A stretch of 62,922 nucleotides of DNA, filler included, from Reticulomyxa filosa (taxonomy: Eukaryota > Protista > Foraminifera), in NCBI GenBank assembly GCA_000512085.1. It is 17 parts of 17 records of this genome, joined end to end, with 100 filler letters (N's around TTAATTAATTAA, not from the genome) between each part and the next. Parts side by side here need not be neighbours in the genome. Positions count along the whole stretch, not along the records: positions 9,893 to 14,024 come from ASPP01008782.1; positions 14,125 to 23,260 come from ASPP01006600.1; positions 23,361 to 26,475 come from ASPP01004715.1; 14 more parts are not named here. One strand, given 5' to 3'. Positions 12,901-24,818 of this stretch are shown piece by piece (positions within the stretch are counted from its first letter, which is position 1; the number at the start of each line of letters is the position of its first letter). The position numbers were made by a program, and so were the translations under genes. The notes under the pieces are model-generated. The model searched no databases and was not told where the DNA came from. It worked only from the letters and a program-made list of their open reading frames with translations.

Positions 12901-14024
12901 CTGATTGTGCATTCAGATTTTTACATGATTTTAATTTTGTCATTTATGACAGCTATTCAATGTTACTCTTTAAAAATATTACTTTTTTTGGGAAGAGTGT
13001 TCGACGGGGTCCAACAATTTCTTAATTCACACGGCCTTACAAAGCTTTGAAGAACACACTTCAACGTGTCTACGTAGCCAGACAAAAAATAAAAAAGATA
13101 GAAGAGGTGTTGAGGCAGCAAAACTAGTAGTGTAGGAATCTAACTGAAACAAATCTGCTTCAAAACCTTTTGAACAACAGGATGACAAATTATTAAATGA
13201 TCTTTGGAGTGTGATTTATTCTTGTGATCTATTTCATTCAACAGACCAGTTAGTGCATGTTAATCTTTCAACTCTTTTTTTTAAACTATTTTCTCAAAGC
13301 ACTCAACAATATTTACTATCTTTGTATTCAAAATAAATTACATAATGCTGCATAATAACAATGACACATTTATTCATAAAAGTACTTTGTGATTGTGATT
13401 GAAATTAATAGTCACTAACTGTACATTTTTTTGAGAGAGTGAGGAAAAGATGAAATATTATTAGTTTTTGTACATAAACTTGTTTCAATTTTTAAGCCGA
13501 TATTATTTGTTACACTGATCACGAGTGCAATAGCAAGACAACAACAAGAGAATTTGCAGAAAAAGACATAGTTGCTTTCTTTAGAAACAGTTATTTTTGA
13601 AAAAGACGTGTCTTAAGTACTAAATTACATTTCAAGTTGTGAGTGGAAGTCGAAAAATCATGGAGTGCTTTTTGAGTTCTACGAAAGCAGCAAAGTTATC
13701 ACCTTTTTTTGAAAATAAATCTTTTTAAGATAAGCAATCATACATATCAGTCAGTCGCAAATCAACTTTCTTTTGTAAAAACGTAGCAAAAAACGAAGAA
13801 TACTTTATATTCAATAATAACTAAAAGTTGTGGGTCATTTTTTATTTTTTTTGAACCTGTTTCTAAAAATGACCCAGTTTTCATTTAATCAAATAAAAAA
13901 TGTTTTTTTTTCATTCAGTTGTGCACAATTAAATCATTTATTGTCATATTTTTCTGTTTTATCAATCATAAATTTTATCAAATAATCAACCAAGATGACA
14001 TGTTACAAGGGGGTAGTTAGTTCC
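9978..14024. repeat. Large inverted repeat (foldback): arms ~9978-11217 and ~12733-14024 with a ~1.5 kb spacer
   Basis: 9978-10300 is essentially the exact reverse complement of 13700-14024. Diverged matching blocks continue inward, e.g. 10315-10505 vs 13360-13570, 10740-10870 vs 13120-13262, and 11105-11217 vs 12733-12847. Confidence 0.9.
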
Positions 14025-14800
14025 NNNNNNNNNNNNNNNNNNNNNNNNNNNNNNNNNNNNNNNNNNNNTTAATTAATTAANNNNNNNNNNNNNNNNNNNN
14101 NNNNNNNNNNNNNNNNNNNNNNNNTCTTCTTCTTCTTCTTCTTCTTCTTCTTCCCCTTCTTCTTCCTCTTTTTTTTCTTCAAGTAGTGGTGAAAATACTC
14201 TACGCGCTTTGACTCTTCTCGTCTCCAACACCTTCCCACACTGCACCCACGGCGATACATACTACTTTCAGCTTTCCATTGCCCTGCTTCGCAATACCGG
14301 CAATGAATACTTAAGACATGTCTGGTGGCAACACATTCAAAAAGCCATTCCGAACAACGTCACTAACATTCAATGTTTTAAAGTGTAAACCTCCCTTTTT
14401 TCTTTCTTTCTTTTTTTTTAACCAGTTGCTTGATAAATATTGCCTATTTTTTTTCTTCTCATATTCCCCCCCCCCCTCTCCTCTCCTTCATTGCAAATAG
14501 AACATATTCAAGTTTTTTTAACGGGTCACACTGCTTATAGCTGAGGTGAACCCTCTTTCCATTACAAATACCAAACAAAAACAGCCATCCATTTCTCTCT
14601 TTTTTCTTATCTCGCTCATAACTTTGCATCTTTCGATATTCGTGCTAGCTTTCATTCTTCTAAAAATAGTAATTGAACTTTGGGAAAAGATTTCAACTGG
14701 ATTAGGCACAAATCCAAGTATTAAATACAAATAGTTTTTTTTCATTCTCACAAAAAAAAAAAATATCTTGGACAACTCAGAAAAATAGGGAAAAAAGGCA

Positions 14801-16556
14801 ATGGACATGAAGCGAACAGAAGACATTAATAAAACAATCAATCGTAAAATAAAAAATCTAGAGTGAAATACGTTTCTTTTTTTTTAGAAAACAAGAAGAA
14901 CGTGTGTTACTCAAATAAACAAAAAAAAAAGTATTGGACTGGAAAGTGCCGGAAAAAGATGAAGAATTGGTCGGAGAGTTGGATGGCCACTTGGGTAAAT
15001 AACCATACAAACAAAGCAAAAATGAAAAAGAGGAAAACATGTAAATGTGTGTTTTTTTTTTGAGAAAAAAAGTATACGGAAATTCGATGAATGTAACAAT
15101 GAAAAGAAGAGAATTTGAGAAGCATGGAATGCTATTTGAGAATGTGGATATTCCTGAAGTAGAAGATACGGAAGGAGAAGAAGAAATAGAACACGAAGAA
15201 AAAGAAGATAATTGGTTAATAAAAACAATAAAAGAAAATTGGTGGGAATATTCAAATGAAATAAAGATAATAAAAAAGAAAAAAAGCAAAACAATAGGAA
15301 TAAATATGAAAAAAAAGAATGAAGAAAAGATAATAGATTTTATAGGACATCCATTAAAAAATGAATGGACAGTAGCAACTACAAATAAAATATTACGTTA
15401 TGATATGGATGAAAAAGAATGGAAAAGAGAAAATATATTATTATGTGATTTACAAAAAAATATTACAAATATTCAATATTCCCATACTGGAAATATTTTA
15501 GCAGTTGCATGTAATTATTCATCTAGTGGTATTTTACTTTGGCATCTTATTGCAACTAATATTAATTCTGATTTTGATGATGGAATTATTCATTGTGCAA
15601 GTGCAGTTCATGCTACTGTTATTCCATTTGTTTCTAAATATACAAAAATGAAATTTAGTCCATGTGATCAATTTTTATGTGTATGGTTAAGTAGTATATA
15701 TATATAATATATATAATATATGTTATATATATTTTTTGTTTATTTGTTTTATAGGAGTATTGGAAATTCTCGTGTTAAAATATTTAATGTATGGAATGGT
15801 AATTGCTTATATTCACAATGGCTTCGTGAACCTATATTTGAAGTAGATTGGTGTATTGGTAATAAAAATGATGAAATAAATATATTATCATTACATACCA
15901 GTTCATTACAATTAACATCTTTATGTTCTCATAAAATTATTCAATATCCATTATCATCTTCTAAATTAACAGCAATGGCATGTCAAAATACAAAACAACA
16001 ATATTTACCAAGTCGTTTTACTCCTCCACCTAATTTAGTTAGTAATCGTACAAATTCATCTTCTATGGATCCTCCTGATATTTTAGTTATTGAATCCTAT
16101 CGTGATTTACTTTTTTATTCTGCAAAACATAAACATTATGATAAACCTTGGTCTCATTTAGCTGATTTAGCTTTTTCTCAAACTGATTTTATTTCTAATT
16201 CCACTATCGAATATACTGTTCGACAATTAATATGGAGTGATTGTACTCGTCGAATTGCTGTTACATTTAATAAACGAGAAACTTTTCATAATCAATCCAA
16301 TAATTTTATTCAATCTCTTGGTGAATTCATTCTTCTCTTATCTTTCGATTCTAAACTTGGTATCTATCCTTTAGGCTTTCTTCGCTCTCCTTTTGGTGCT
16401 CTTCCTTCTCGTCTTATTTTCAAACGTTATTATGATTCCGGATCCGTCTCACCGAGTCCCTCTGAACGCGCTTTGCTCTTAATTGTCCTCTGGGATAATG
16501 CCTCCATCTCTCTTCATCACTTGTGTGCTCGCTCTTCTCCTCTTCCTTCTTTTTGA
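14801..16556 (+). CDS. AAAS: Aladin (AAAS)-like WD40 nucleoporin, multi-exon; start uncertain (core 15073-16556, intron ~15691-15754)
   Basis: HPLKNEWTVA...LQKNITNIQYSHTGNILAVAC...ILLWH resembles Aladin WHPH...FAVA...LQRNVASLAWKP...VLAVACQSCILIW. LIWSDCTRRIAVTF and YPLGFLRSPFGALP...ALLLIVLWDNASI resemble the Aladin C-terminal blades. Confidence 0.7.
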
Positions 16557-16955
16557 ATCTCACCTTTTTTTTATTATTTTTAAACTATCCTATTTACTAC
16601 AAAAATCTCTATTTTTTTTTAAAAAATAGTAATGCAGTTTTTTGCAATTTATATTAAGATTTGCATAAACATTGTCCTGTAGAAATAATTTTGATTTCAA
16701 AGAAACAAAATGCTTTTATGTTAAGAATAAGAGTGGAAAAAATAAAAACGTAAAAAATAAAAAAGGGAAAAAAGTCCTTTTTTTTTCCTTGTAACGTTAC
16801 AACTTGCAATATATATGAGAAGGGTACACCCAGAATTAATAAGCCGACAAAATTTTAGAGTATGTACACTTTTTATTAAAAGGACTGCCTGTTAAAGACA
16901 TCGACAGAAAAAAAAGCACTTGACCAAATAAAATTGTGTTTTCGTTACAAAAAAA

Positions 16956-18308
16956 TTAATCATCAATAACCCAATTGCGAACTATATAATCTTGCCGCTC
17001 CAATCTGGTGATGCAGTTGGTTTCACAACATCGGCGGCACAGGCAACAAAGTTTTTCATATACCCATTTAAAATGTTGAAACGACAAAGTTAAACACAGG
17101 ACATTAGTGACGGCATCAAGGGCAAGCGTCCCTGGAGCATGATCAACGAAAAGAGCTGAAATGACCAAATTTGTCCAAGTTGATCCGACAGACACCTGCA
17201 CGTAGATTATTTTCCGCAATCAATTAGCGCAATGAGAAATTGATAAAGAAAACGGGAGCGTCATGTACATATATAACATAATATACACATATATACACAA
17301 ATATATGCATATATGTGTATAGTGCGTACAAACATATGAACACATATACCCTAACATATAATACACGTATCAAGAAGTGATTTCCTACAAAACTCCAGTC
17401 AGAATGGTTAATCTGGCGATCACAACAAAAAAACAGTGTAGTTTTCCTCTTTCGGAATATATCTTGGCGACATGTCCGGAGAAATTGTTGAAGAGTCAGT
17501 TCGATTTATGGCTACGCTTTTTTCGGTATGGTCTTGTGTCATCCTATGTCTACTGTCAGAAGTGATTGTTTGGAGCTTGAGAGACGAAGGTGGCTTTTGC
17601 ACTCCAGCGGTTTGGCTCATGTATTTATTTATCTATTGTTTTATTTATTTCATTTTTTTTTTTTGTTTTTGTTGTACATTTTTTTTTTTTTTCAAAACAA
17701 AACAAAAAAAAAACGGAACATTCCTGATATAATCGATATGAAAAAAGCGTAGATAAAGAAATATCCAAAAGGACAGAAAAGGAAAGCATCGGTGCGGAGC
17801 ATAAGACGATCAGCTGATTATCGCAGTTGGAGCTAACGACAATTCCCATGTATATAGACCATAGTAGCAGCGTCAATCCATAAATACCAATGAACATACC
17901 GAAAGCAAATTTTCTGGACATTTCAAGTGATGTCCGATAAAATGTAATATATAAACGTAAAATCAAATATGAATAGAGACATGCGCGCGCATTAAATTTA
18001 AAGAAACTTCCTATTTGCCGATACAAACACTGCGGTTCGAATCCTAGCAATCGTCCCACACCATAATTCACACATTGGATTACGATAAATATATAGCTTA
18101 GAACTACATCTGCCACATATAACGCATACGACCATCTGATGGGCCCATGCAATTCAACTTGCTCTGGCATTTTACTGCCGCAACGCAAAAACTTGTGGAA
18201 TATCATTTGATAGATAATTGTCAATACCATTGCTGTTACCACCATAAATGATATACTTGTTGCGAACAAATTAAACCATAAGTGGCCAGTCCATATCGCT
18301 GAAAACAT
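16956..18308 (-). CDS. Seven-TM (GPCR-like) membrane protein, about 3 exons
   Basis: Exon 1 (17717-18308) has five TM helices, exon 2 a Ser/Thr-rich loop leading to TM6, and exon 3 (16956-17219) the last helix plus a Cys-rich tail (CCLCRRCC). Introns are poly-A/T and (TA)n. Exon 2 appears to have small frame errors. Confidence 0.6.
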
Positions 18309-21300
18309 CTTCTTCCCAGATTTGCCGCCAAATTATTTCTTTTTCCCCCATTAGTTCCCCGTTTTCCTGGTCGGTTCACCTCGACAACACTTGCGAAATT
18401 TGACAAGAAACTTCACATAAATACGTTGCATCCCTTTCATTTTTGATGATTGTATCTTCTGTGATGTAATCACTGGCTCCAATTGCTTTATGAAAAGCAA
18501 GTTATTTATTTGCATTTTTGTCGTGTATTTCAACTTTTTAATGAGTATTCACTTTTTTAGCGTATGAAGTACAGTTTTCGATGCAATTGCTACTTTCTTG
18601 GGTTTAGTTTTCAAAGATTTTTTTTTTTCTTTCTTCTCTGACTGCACAAACACCAAAAGATGTTGTCCAAGTCAACATACACATTTGGATTGCAAGTGGC
18701 CAGAATAAAGAGCCTTGGAGGTCGTCGACCAACTTTACAAACAACATTTTCAAACAGCTTGTGCGCAGCAAAACAAAATCAATCTTCAAATGCATATCAT
18801 TTCCAATCGCGTAGAAAAAGACCCAGCAAAGTGACATAAAGCATTGCAAAGCTAGTCGAGCCAGTACAAATAAAGGCCAATAAACAATTCGAGCAGCAAG
18901 AAACACAATAAAATAGCCTCGCGAATGGAAGATTAGTCATTTGAAAATTTTTTAAATAAAATCTTTGATACGTGTGATTTATCTAATTGTCTACATGTTG
19001 TACTCATTGCGTTGGAGTTATTATCACAACTTAATATAAGTTAATATTTAATACATTATTTTTTAAAATGTTCTAAAACATATTGATGAATATATATTAC
19101 ATATTTGTATATGTATTGATGTAAATAATTTTGTAATGTATATTTTGTAAATCCAAAATAAAAATGAGTAAATTTGAATGAACAAGTCCACATATATACA
19201 GTTGCTGCAGATTTGAATGATTTTGAAGTCCTTTGTGGTGGTTCAAAACTAGTACAAAAGAACACGAGTAAACCCGAATACTTATGAGACAAAGATAGCA
19301 AATTCTATATGCTCAAAACGGTAATATTCATTTTTCATTGAGTCATTATATACTAATTTCAGTTCGTTTTTGTTTTTATGTTTATATTAGATTATGTAAT
19401 AATGTATTTAGTAACAATAAAGAAAATAAACAAATGAAAAAGGTGAAACAAAACGACAAATTGCCAGATTGAAGTGATTAACATTGCATTTCAATTATCA
19501 AGTACAAATTCACAATAAATGAAGCAAATGTGAATGAGATTACTAATAAACATTGTCAGATACTACACTGACGCTGACTAATTGCTGGAGAACGTCAGGT
19601 GTATAAATAAATAGTTTATGCAAGATCAAATCTGAATTGTAGAATCACTAATTTTGATTTGGCAAACTACAACATCGTTTCAAGCATTTCGGAGAAACTA
19701 AGCTATTGTCAACATGCAATCATAATTTCATTTGTAAATGATTTGATGAAACAAAGAGTTTTGTCATTTTGTATAACATATATACATTTATATAAATATA
19801 TAATTATGTGTATTGTTGTAGATTGTTTGAAGAAGCTAACTGATGGAGAAAGACATTGCAACAACATGTCATTCTGAAGTGTACTACTGATTGTATCTAT
19901 CATAAAAAGGTAGTATCAGTACAAAAAAGCACTTATCGATGTCCAAGTTGTTCATATCAATACTAATGTCACCATGTCGATTGTGGCAGTCTGTTCATGA
20001 CTAAAGTATGTGATAAGTTACCATTTCAGTTCATTATGTGCAGTAAAACTTTTCAGTTCATATCGTGTTGCAAGCAAATTACATTTATTCTTTGTACAGA
20101 GTCTGCCGCAAAATTAGTCATCTAAGTAATATGTTAAAAATAGTTTCTTTTTTAAAAATACATATGTGATATATATTATTTAAAAAATAGATCATCATTG
20201 CAGTCTGCAACGGTACGACGACTGTGACTACGTCAATGGAATATAATGTGCAGAATTATTTGGCAAAAGCAATTACCACTAATTGCATTATCATTTCTAA
20301 CCCTAAATATAAGATAAAGATCTTTTTTGAATTATTTTGATTTTTTTTCTATATTTTCATTAAATACAATTCTATGTATGTTTTCTTTCAAACAAATATC
20401 CACAATGATAAAAAAAGAAAAAGAAGAACATAGTTGTAGAATTATACAGTGTCTCCGAAAGTAGAAAAAGTGTTTGTTTTATTTATTTGTTTATTTTTTG
20501 AATATATTAATATATTGTGTGTTTGATAACATAGTATTCATCGTTCAGAAAATATTTGTTAACTGTATATTTTTTCACCATTCAGCAAACACAAAATTAT
20601 CTCAAAATCAAATAACGATAGTTGTTTATATATATATTTTTGTTTTTGAAAAATAGCATTTTTGAAAAAAGTATTATATAATAAATTGGGGTAATAGTGA
20701 AAATAAGATTGGTGGAAAAAAGATTGATAAAAAAAATAAATAAAAAAAGACAATCTAATAAAAATTTTTTTATATTTCGATATTACTCCAAATAATTGTT
20801 GCTAAAAGGTATCGAACATCAATATAAATATAATATTCAATCATCTGATATTTTTACATAATTAATTTTGGGAATGAAAGTTGTGTTTCATTACACTAAA
20901 TTGTTGCTCGAATTCCGTTTACATTTGCAACATCCATATGCACATCATACGGATTTATTAATTCAGTTTCCCAAAATACTTTTAGTATGTTTATTATAAT
21001 TATTGATTTCTTTAAATCAAGTATCGAATTGTCAGAATATGTAGAAGATCAACTGACAATTACACATTTATCCTTTTTCAATGTCAATCACAAATAATTT
21101 CTCGGTCCAAATATTTGTTGGAAGAAAGTAATTGAACTGCGTTAAATTATGCTTGTCTATTTAACGCAAATTAACAAGTATAAAAATTATAAATTCATTT
21201 TTTCTTTTTCTGTCTTTTTTTTCAATACTTTTTTCTTTTTTTTTTGTTTTTTTCTTCAATAATTATAATCAATATTTTTTCTAATTTTTTTTCTCTTTTT

Positions 21301-22101
21301 CCACTTTTCTTTACAATCTCCTTTCTACATTCCTTTTTTAAAAGTAATAACTTTGTATTTTTTTCGTGTTTGGACAACTATTTACACAAACAAAATTATT
21401 TTTTATATTTTCAAAGAAAACTGAAAAAAATATATACATGTCATTGTGTAGTTCAATATCCAATTTAAACTTTTTTTCCTGGAACAAACAATCCTTTTTT
21501 TTATTTGTTTATAAAAAAATAATAATTTTTTTCTTTGGGTGTGAATTCCTATTTATCAGTAATACAAAATCACATTATTTAACAATATAACATAACAAAC
21601 AATTAATTATTTTTTCGTATACGGTGATGCGTTCGACTACGATTATCTTTTTTTTTTGTGTGCTGGTGGTAACGTTGTTTCGTGACAGATAAATTATATA
21701 AACAAGACATACAACATGTAAATATATTTTTAAAAAAGATAAACAAAATATTTTTACTCCTTTCGATATTGTAGTGGCTTCTACTCCGTATTTTGCTAGA
21801 GTTGTTGTCTGTAAAATTTTTTTCAATAACATACACAACGTACACAATGTTACAGTGATAAATTTTTTTGTGAATGTATTCTATTCATTACAAAATTATA
21901 AGCAGCTATCAAAAATTTAATTTTTTGGACATGTATAACTTTAAGCCAATAAAAATTGATATGAAACAATTCATTTAGTTTATCTGAAATTATAAAAATA
22001 GTCGAGTTTGCAAGTGGATGGAATGATTGTCAACCGTACGTCGAAAAAAGGCTCCGAGTGTTTAACAATAATTATTTTTTAAAAAAACATTACTTAAAAA
22101 A

Positions 22102-23209
22102 ATGGCTCAAGCGAAAGGAAATGATATAGGTTTGTACGGATTAGCAGTGATGGGCCAGAATTTGGCCTTGAACATTGCGGACAAAGGATTCAGTATTTCG
22201 GTGAGCAACCGTTCCCCCGAGAAAGTCGACACGACCTTAGAACGAGCAAAAAAAGAGAAAGTGAAAGGCAAAATAGAGGGATACAAAGACGTGAAAGAAT
22301 TTGTGGGATCTATCCGAAAGCCGAGAGCCATAATTATATTAGTTTCAGCTGGTAAACCAGTTGAAGATGTGATTGACTTGTTATTGGAAGTATTGGAACC
22401 TGGTAAAAAAAAAAACTCCCTTGTTTCCAAAAAAAAAAAAAAAAAAAGAAAATTCTGGTGCAAAAAAAATTTTTTTTTAACTAACAAAAAAAAAAAAAAA
22501 GGGGACATGATCGTGGATGGCGGTAATGAGTGGTATGAGAACACAGAACGTCGAGCAGAAAAGGTAACAGCGAAAAAGCTGTTGTATATGGGTATGGGAG
22601 TAAGTGGTGGGGAAGAAGGGGCGCGCCATGGACCGTCATTGATGCCTGGCGGACCAATCGAAGGATACAAACGTATCGAGGACATTTTGGTGAAAATCGC
22701 CGCAAAGTCGAATGACGGGACGGTGTGCGTAACGCACATTGGACCTGGTGGAGCAGGCAACTATGTGAAGATGGTTCACAATGGCATTGAATACGGAGAC
22801 ATGCAACTGATCGCAGAAGCGTATGATCTGTTGAAAAATGCGGGGGATTGAACAATGCCGAGTTGGCCGATGTGTTTGCTTCGTGGAACAAAGGCGAATT
22901 GGAATCGTTTTTGATTGAAATTACCAGCGTCATATTCCGCAAAAAGGATGACCGCGGCAAAGACAAGGACGCCGATCTGGTCGACAAAGTCTTGGACAAA
23001 ACTGGACAAAAGGGAACCGGAAAATGGACTGTCCGAGAGGCTGCCGAACAAAGCATTGCTGCTTCCACCATGAGCGCCGCTTTGGACGTTCGCAATCTGA
23101 GCGCGCTCTACGAAGAACGACAAGTCGCTGCACGTATCTTTGAACCATCCAAACCTGAACACGTCAAAAATGTCAAACAGTTCGTTGACGATGTTCGATC
23201 TGCTGTTAC
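22102..23209 (+). CDS. gnd: 6-phosphogluconate dehydrogenase (decarboxylating), 3'-truncated; intron 22403-22501; apparent 1-nt deletion at the G-run ~22842-22846
   Basis: Motifs IGLYGLAVMGQNLALN, DGGNEW, GMGVSGGEEGARHGPSLMPGG, VKMVHNGIEYGDMQLIAEAY and GQKGTGKWT. Confidence 0.97.
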
Positions 23210-23432
23210 GTACCCCATTGCTAATGGCTCATTTTTTTTTTTTTTTTTGTTTGTTCCGTTNNNNNNNNNNNNNNNNNNNNNNNNNNNNNNNNNNNNNNNN
23301 NNNNTTAATTAATTAANNNNNNNNNNNNNNNNNNNNNNNNNNNNNNNNNNNNNNNNNNNNTTTTTTTTTTTTAAATAAACTTTTTTTTTTTTTGAAATTC
23401 GGATACTCATGCAATCGATGTAAAAATTGAAC

Positions 23433-23925
23433 CTGCACTTAAAACAACAATCGGTTTCATTGTGGGATCACTTTTTGTAATTGACACTGCCTCTTGTGTG
23501 TTTTTTTTTGATTGCTTTGAATTCTTTTTATGCTGTAATATCCCTGATTCAATCAAGTCTTTTATATTTTTCAAAGGCTCGACCTTCCCTGACGACTGCG
23601 TTGGGTAGGCCTTCAGCTTGTTTTCTTTTCGCCCATTAACATATTGAATCGCTGGCTTCCTTCCTTTCAACACGCTTTTTATTGTCGATTCGTCTACTGC
23701 CAAATTTAATATGTCTGCCTTTTCTTCAAAGGTCTTGTCCAACACTTTCTCCAAATCTGTAGACTTGTCATCTAACCAGAAAAAATTGTCTAGAACCGAA
23801 TCTCCCATTAATACTAACAATGGATATTTCTTTGCATTGGTCTCGGGTTTGCTTACAGCCTTTGTTTCTTTTTTTTCGTCAGTTTCTTCCGAATTATTTG
23901 TTTGGATTGTGTCTATTTTGCTCAT
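23433..23925 (-). CDS. SGNH/GDSL-type hydrolase, first exon (3'-truncated)
   Basis: Block I LVLMGDSVLDN, block II NLAVDESTI, and the start of block III VVLSAG, followed by a GT donor at 23432. Confidence 0.65.
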
Positions 23926-24139
23926 TATTAAAAATGATCTGAACGTTTAAGATTCTTTTAATTCCAGTATGTCCATAAACCTTTTCGTAATCTTGTTGTT
24001 ACGTTTGAGATAATTGGTTTAGACTAATCATTTGAAATAAATTCAATAGATTACTTTTACATCAAGTAATTTTGAGGCCGTTCAATTTTTTAATTTTAGA
24101 TTCAAAAAAGAAATTATTTATAGTAACACTTTTAAAAGA

Positions 24140-24818
24140 TTAAAAGTCCTGGCTAGTTGTATAGGGTGCAGAAAATGTCAAAGCAGAAAAATCTTTTAGA
24201 AAGTCCCATTGATGAAATTTTCCTGAGTGAGACACATATCCATCACTCTTTTCAGTTGAATTTTGTTTGAAGGGGCTTCGTGTGGTTTGCTGCGACAAGT
24301 GGTTTTTGTCAAGTTTTATCATAAATGGAAAATCTACCATGTAATTTCCCCACAACTTTTTTTTCTTTTGTTTGACATATTGTTTCCTATCTCCGCTATT
24401 TACTTCTTGTTCCACAAAGTTCAACTTTTGAAGAGGAATTTCCCCGTTTGAATTTTTTTCATTATCACATTGGATATTTGTGTGTTCAACTACTATTTGT
24501 TAAAAATGATGCAAAATATGTTAATTTGAAGTAAACGAATTCAACGCAAAAGAAACTTTTTTTTGATCGTGACTGATTAAATAACAATACTTCAGCAGGA
24601 GTTAAAGTTTTTAGTCTTTGTCGTTGTCTTTTTCTTGTAATTTTTTGTTTTTTTTGTGGTGGCATCAATACATCACAGTCATTTTGTACTTTACTTATTT
24701 TTGAAAATGCGCGCTTTGCAGCTTTTTGAGAAATATGAATAATTGCGCTATCTTTATTTGAAACGATTCCCTCGTTGCTGTCTGTTGATTCTTCATTGAT
24801 AAAACCGCTGTAATTCAA
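24140..24818 (-). CDS. Hypothetical basic/charged protein, probably 2 exons
   Basis: Two protein-like ORFs (24486-24818 and 24140-24424) with an NLS-like PPQKKQKITRKRQR. No recognisable family. Confidence 0.3.

Noticed and set aside
14125-14400. Possible stop-codon reassignment (protein-like frame crossing TAA/TAG)
   Set aside because: Intact genes in the window end at TAA/TGA and their conserved exons have no in-frame stops, so there is no support for a variant code.
22842-22848. Programmed frameshift or pseudogenisation in gnd (and similar shifts in cysK ~27055 and potI ~61509 and ~62169)
   Set aside because: Each is repaired by adding one base to a homopolymer, and they occur in both host and bacterial contigs. 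This is typical of homopolymer sequencing error.
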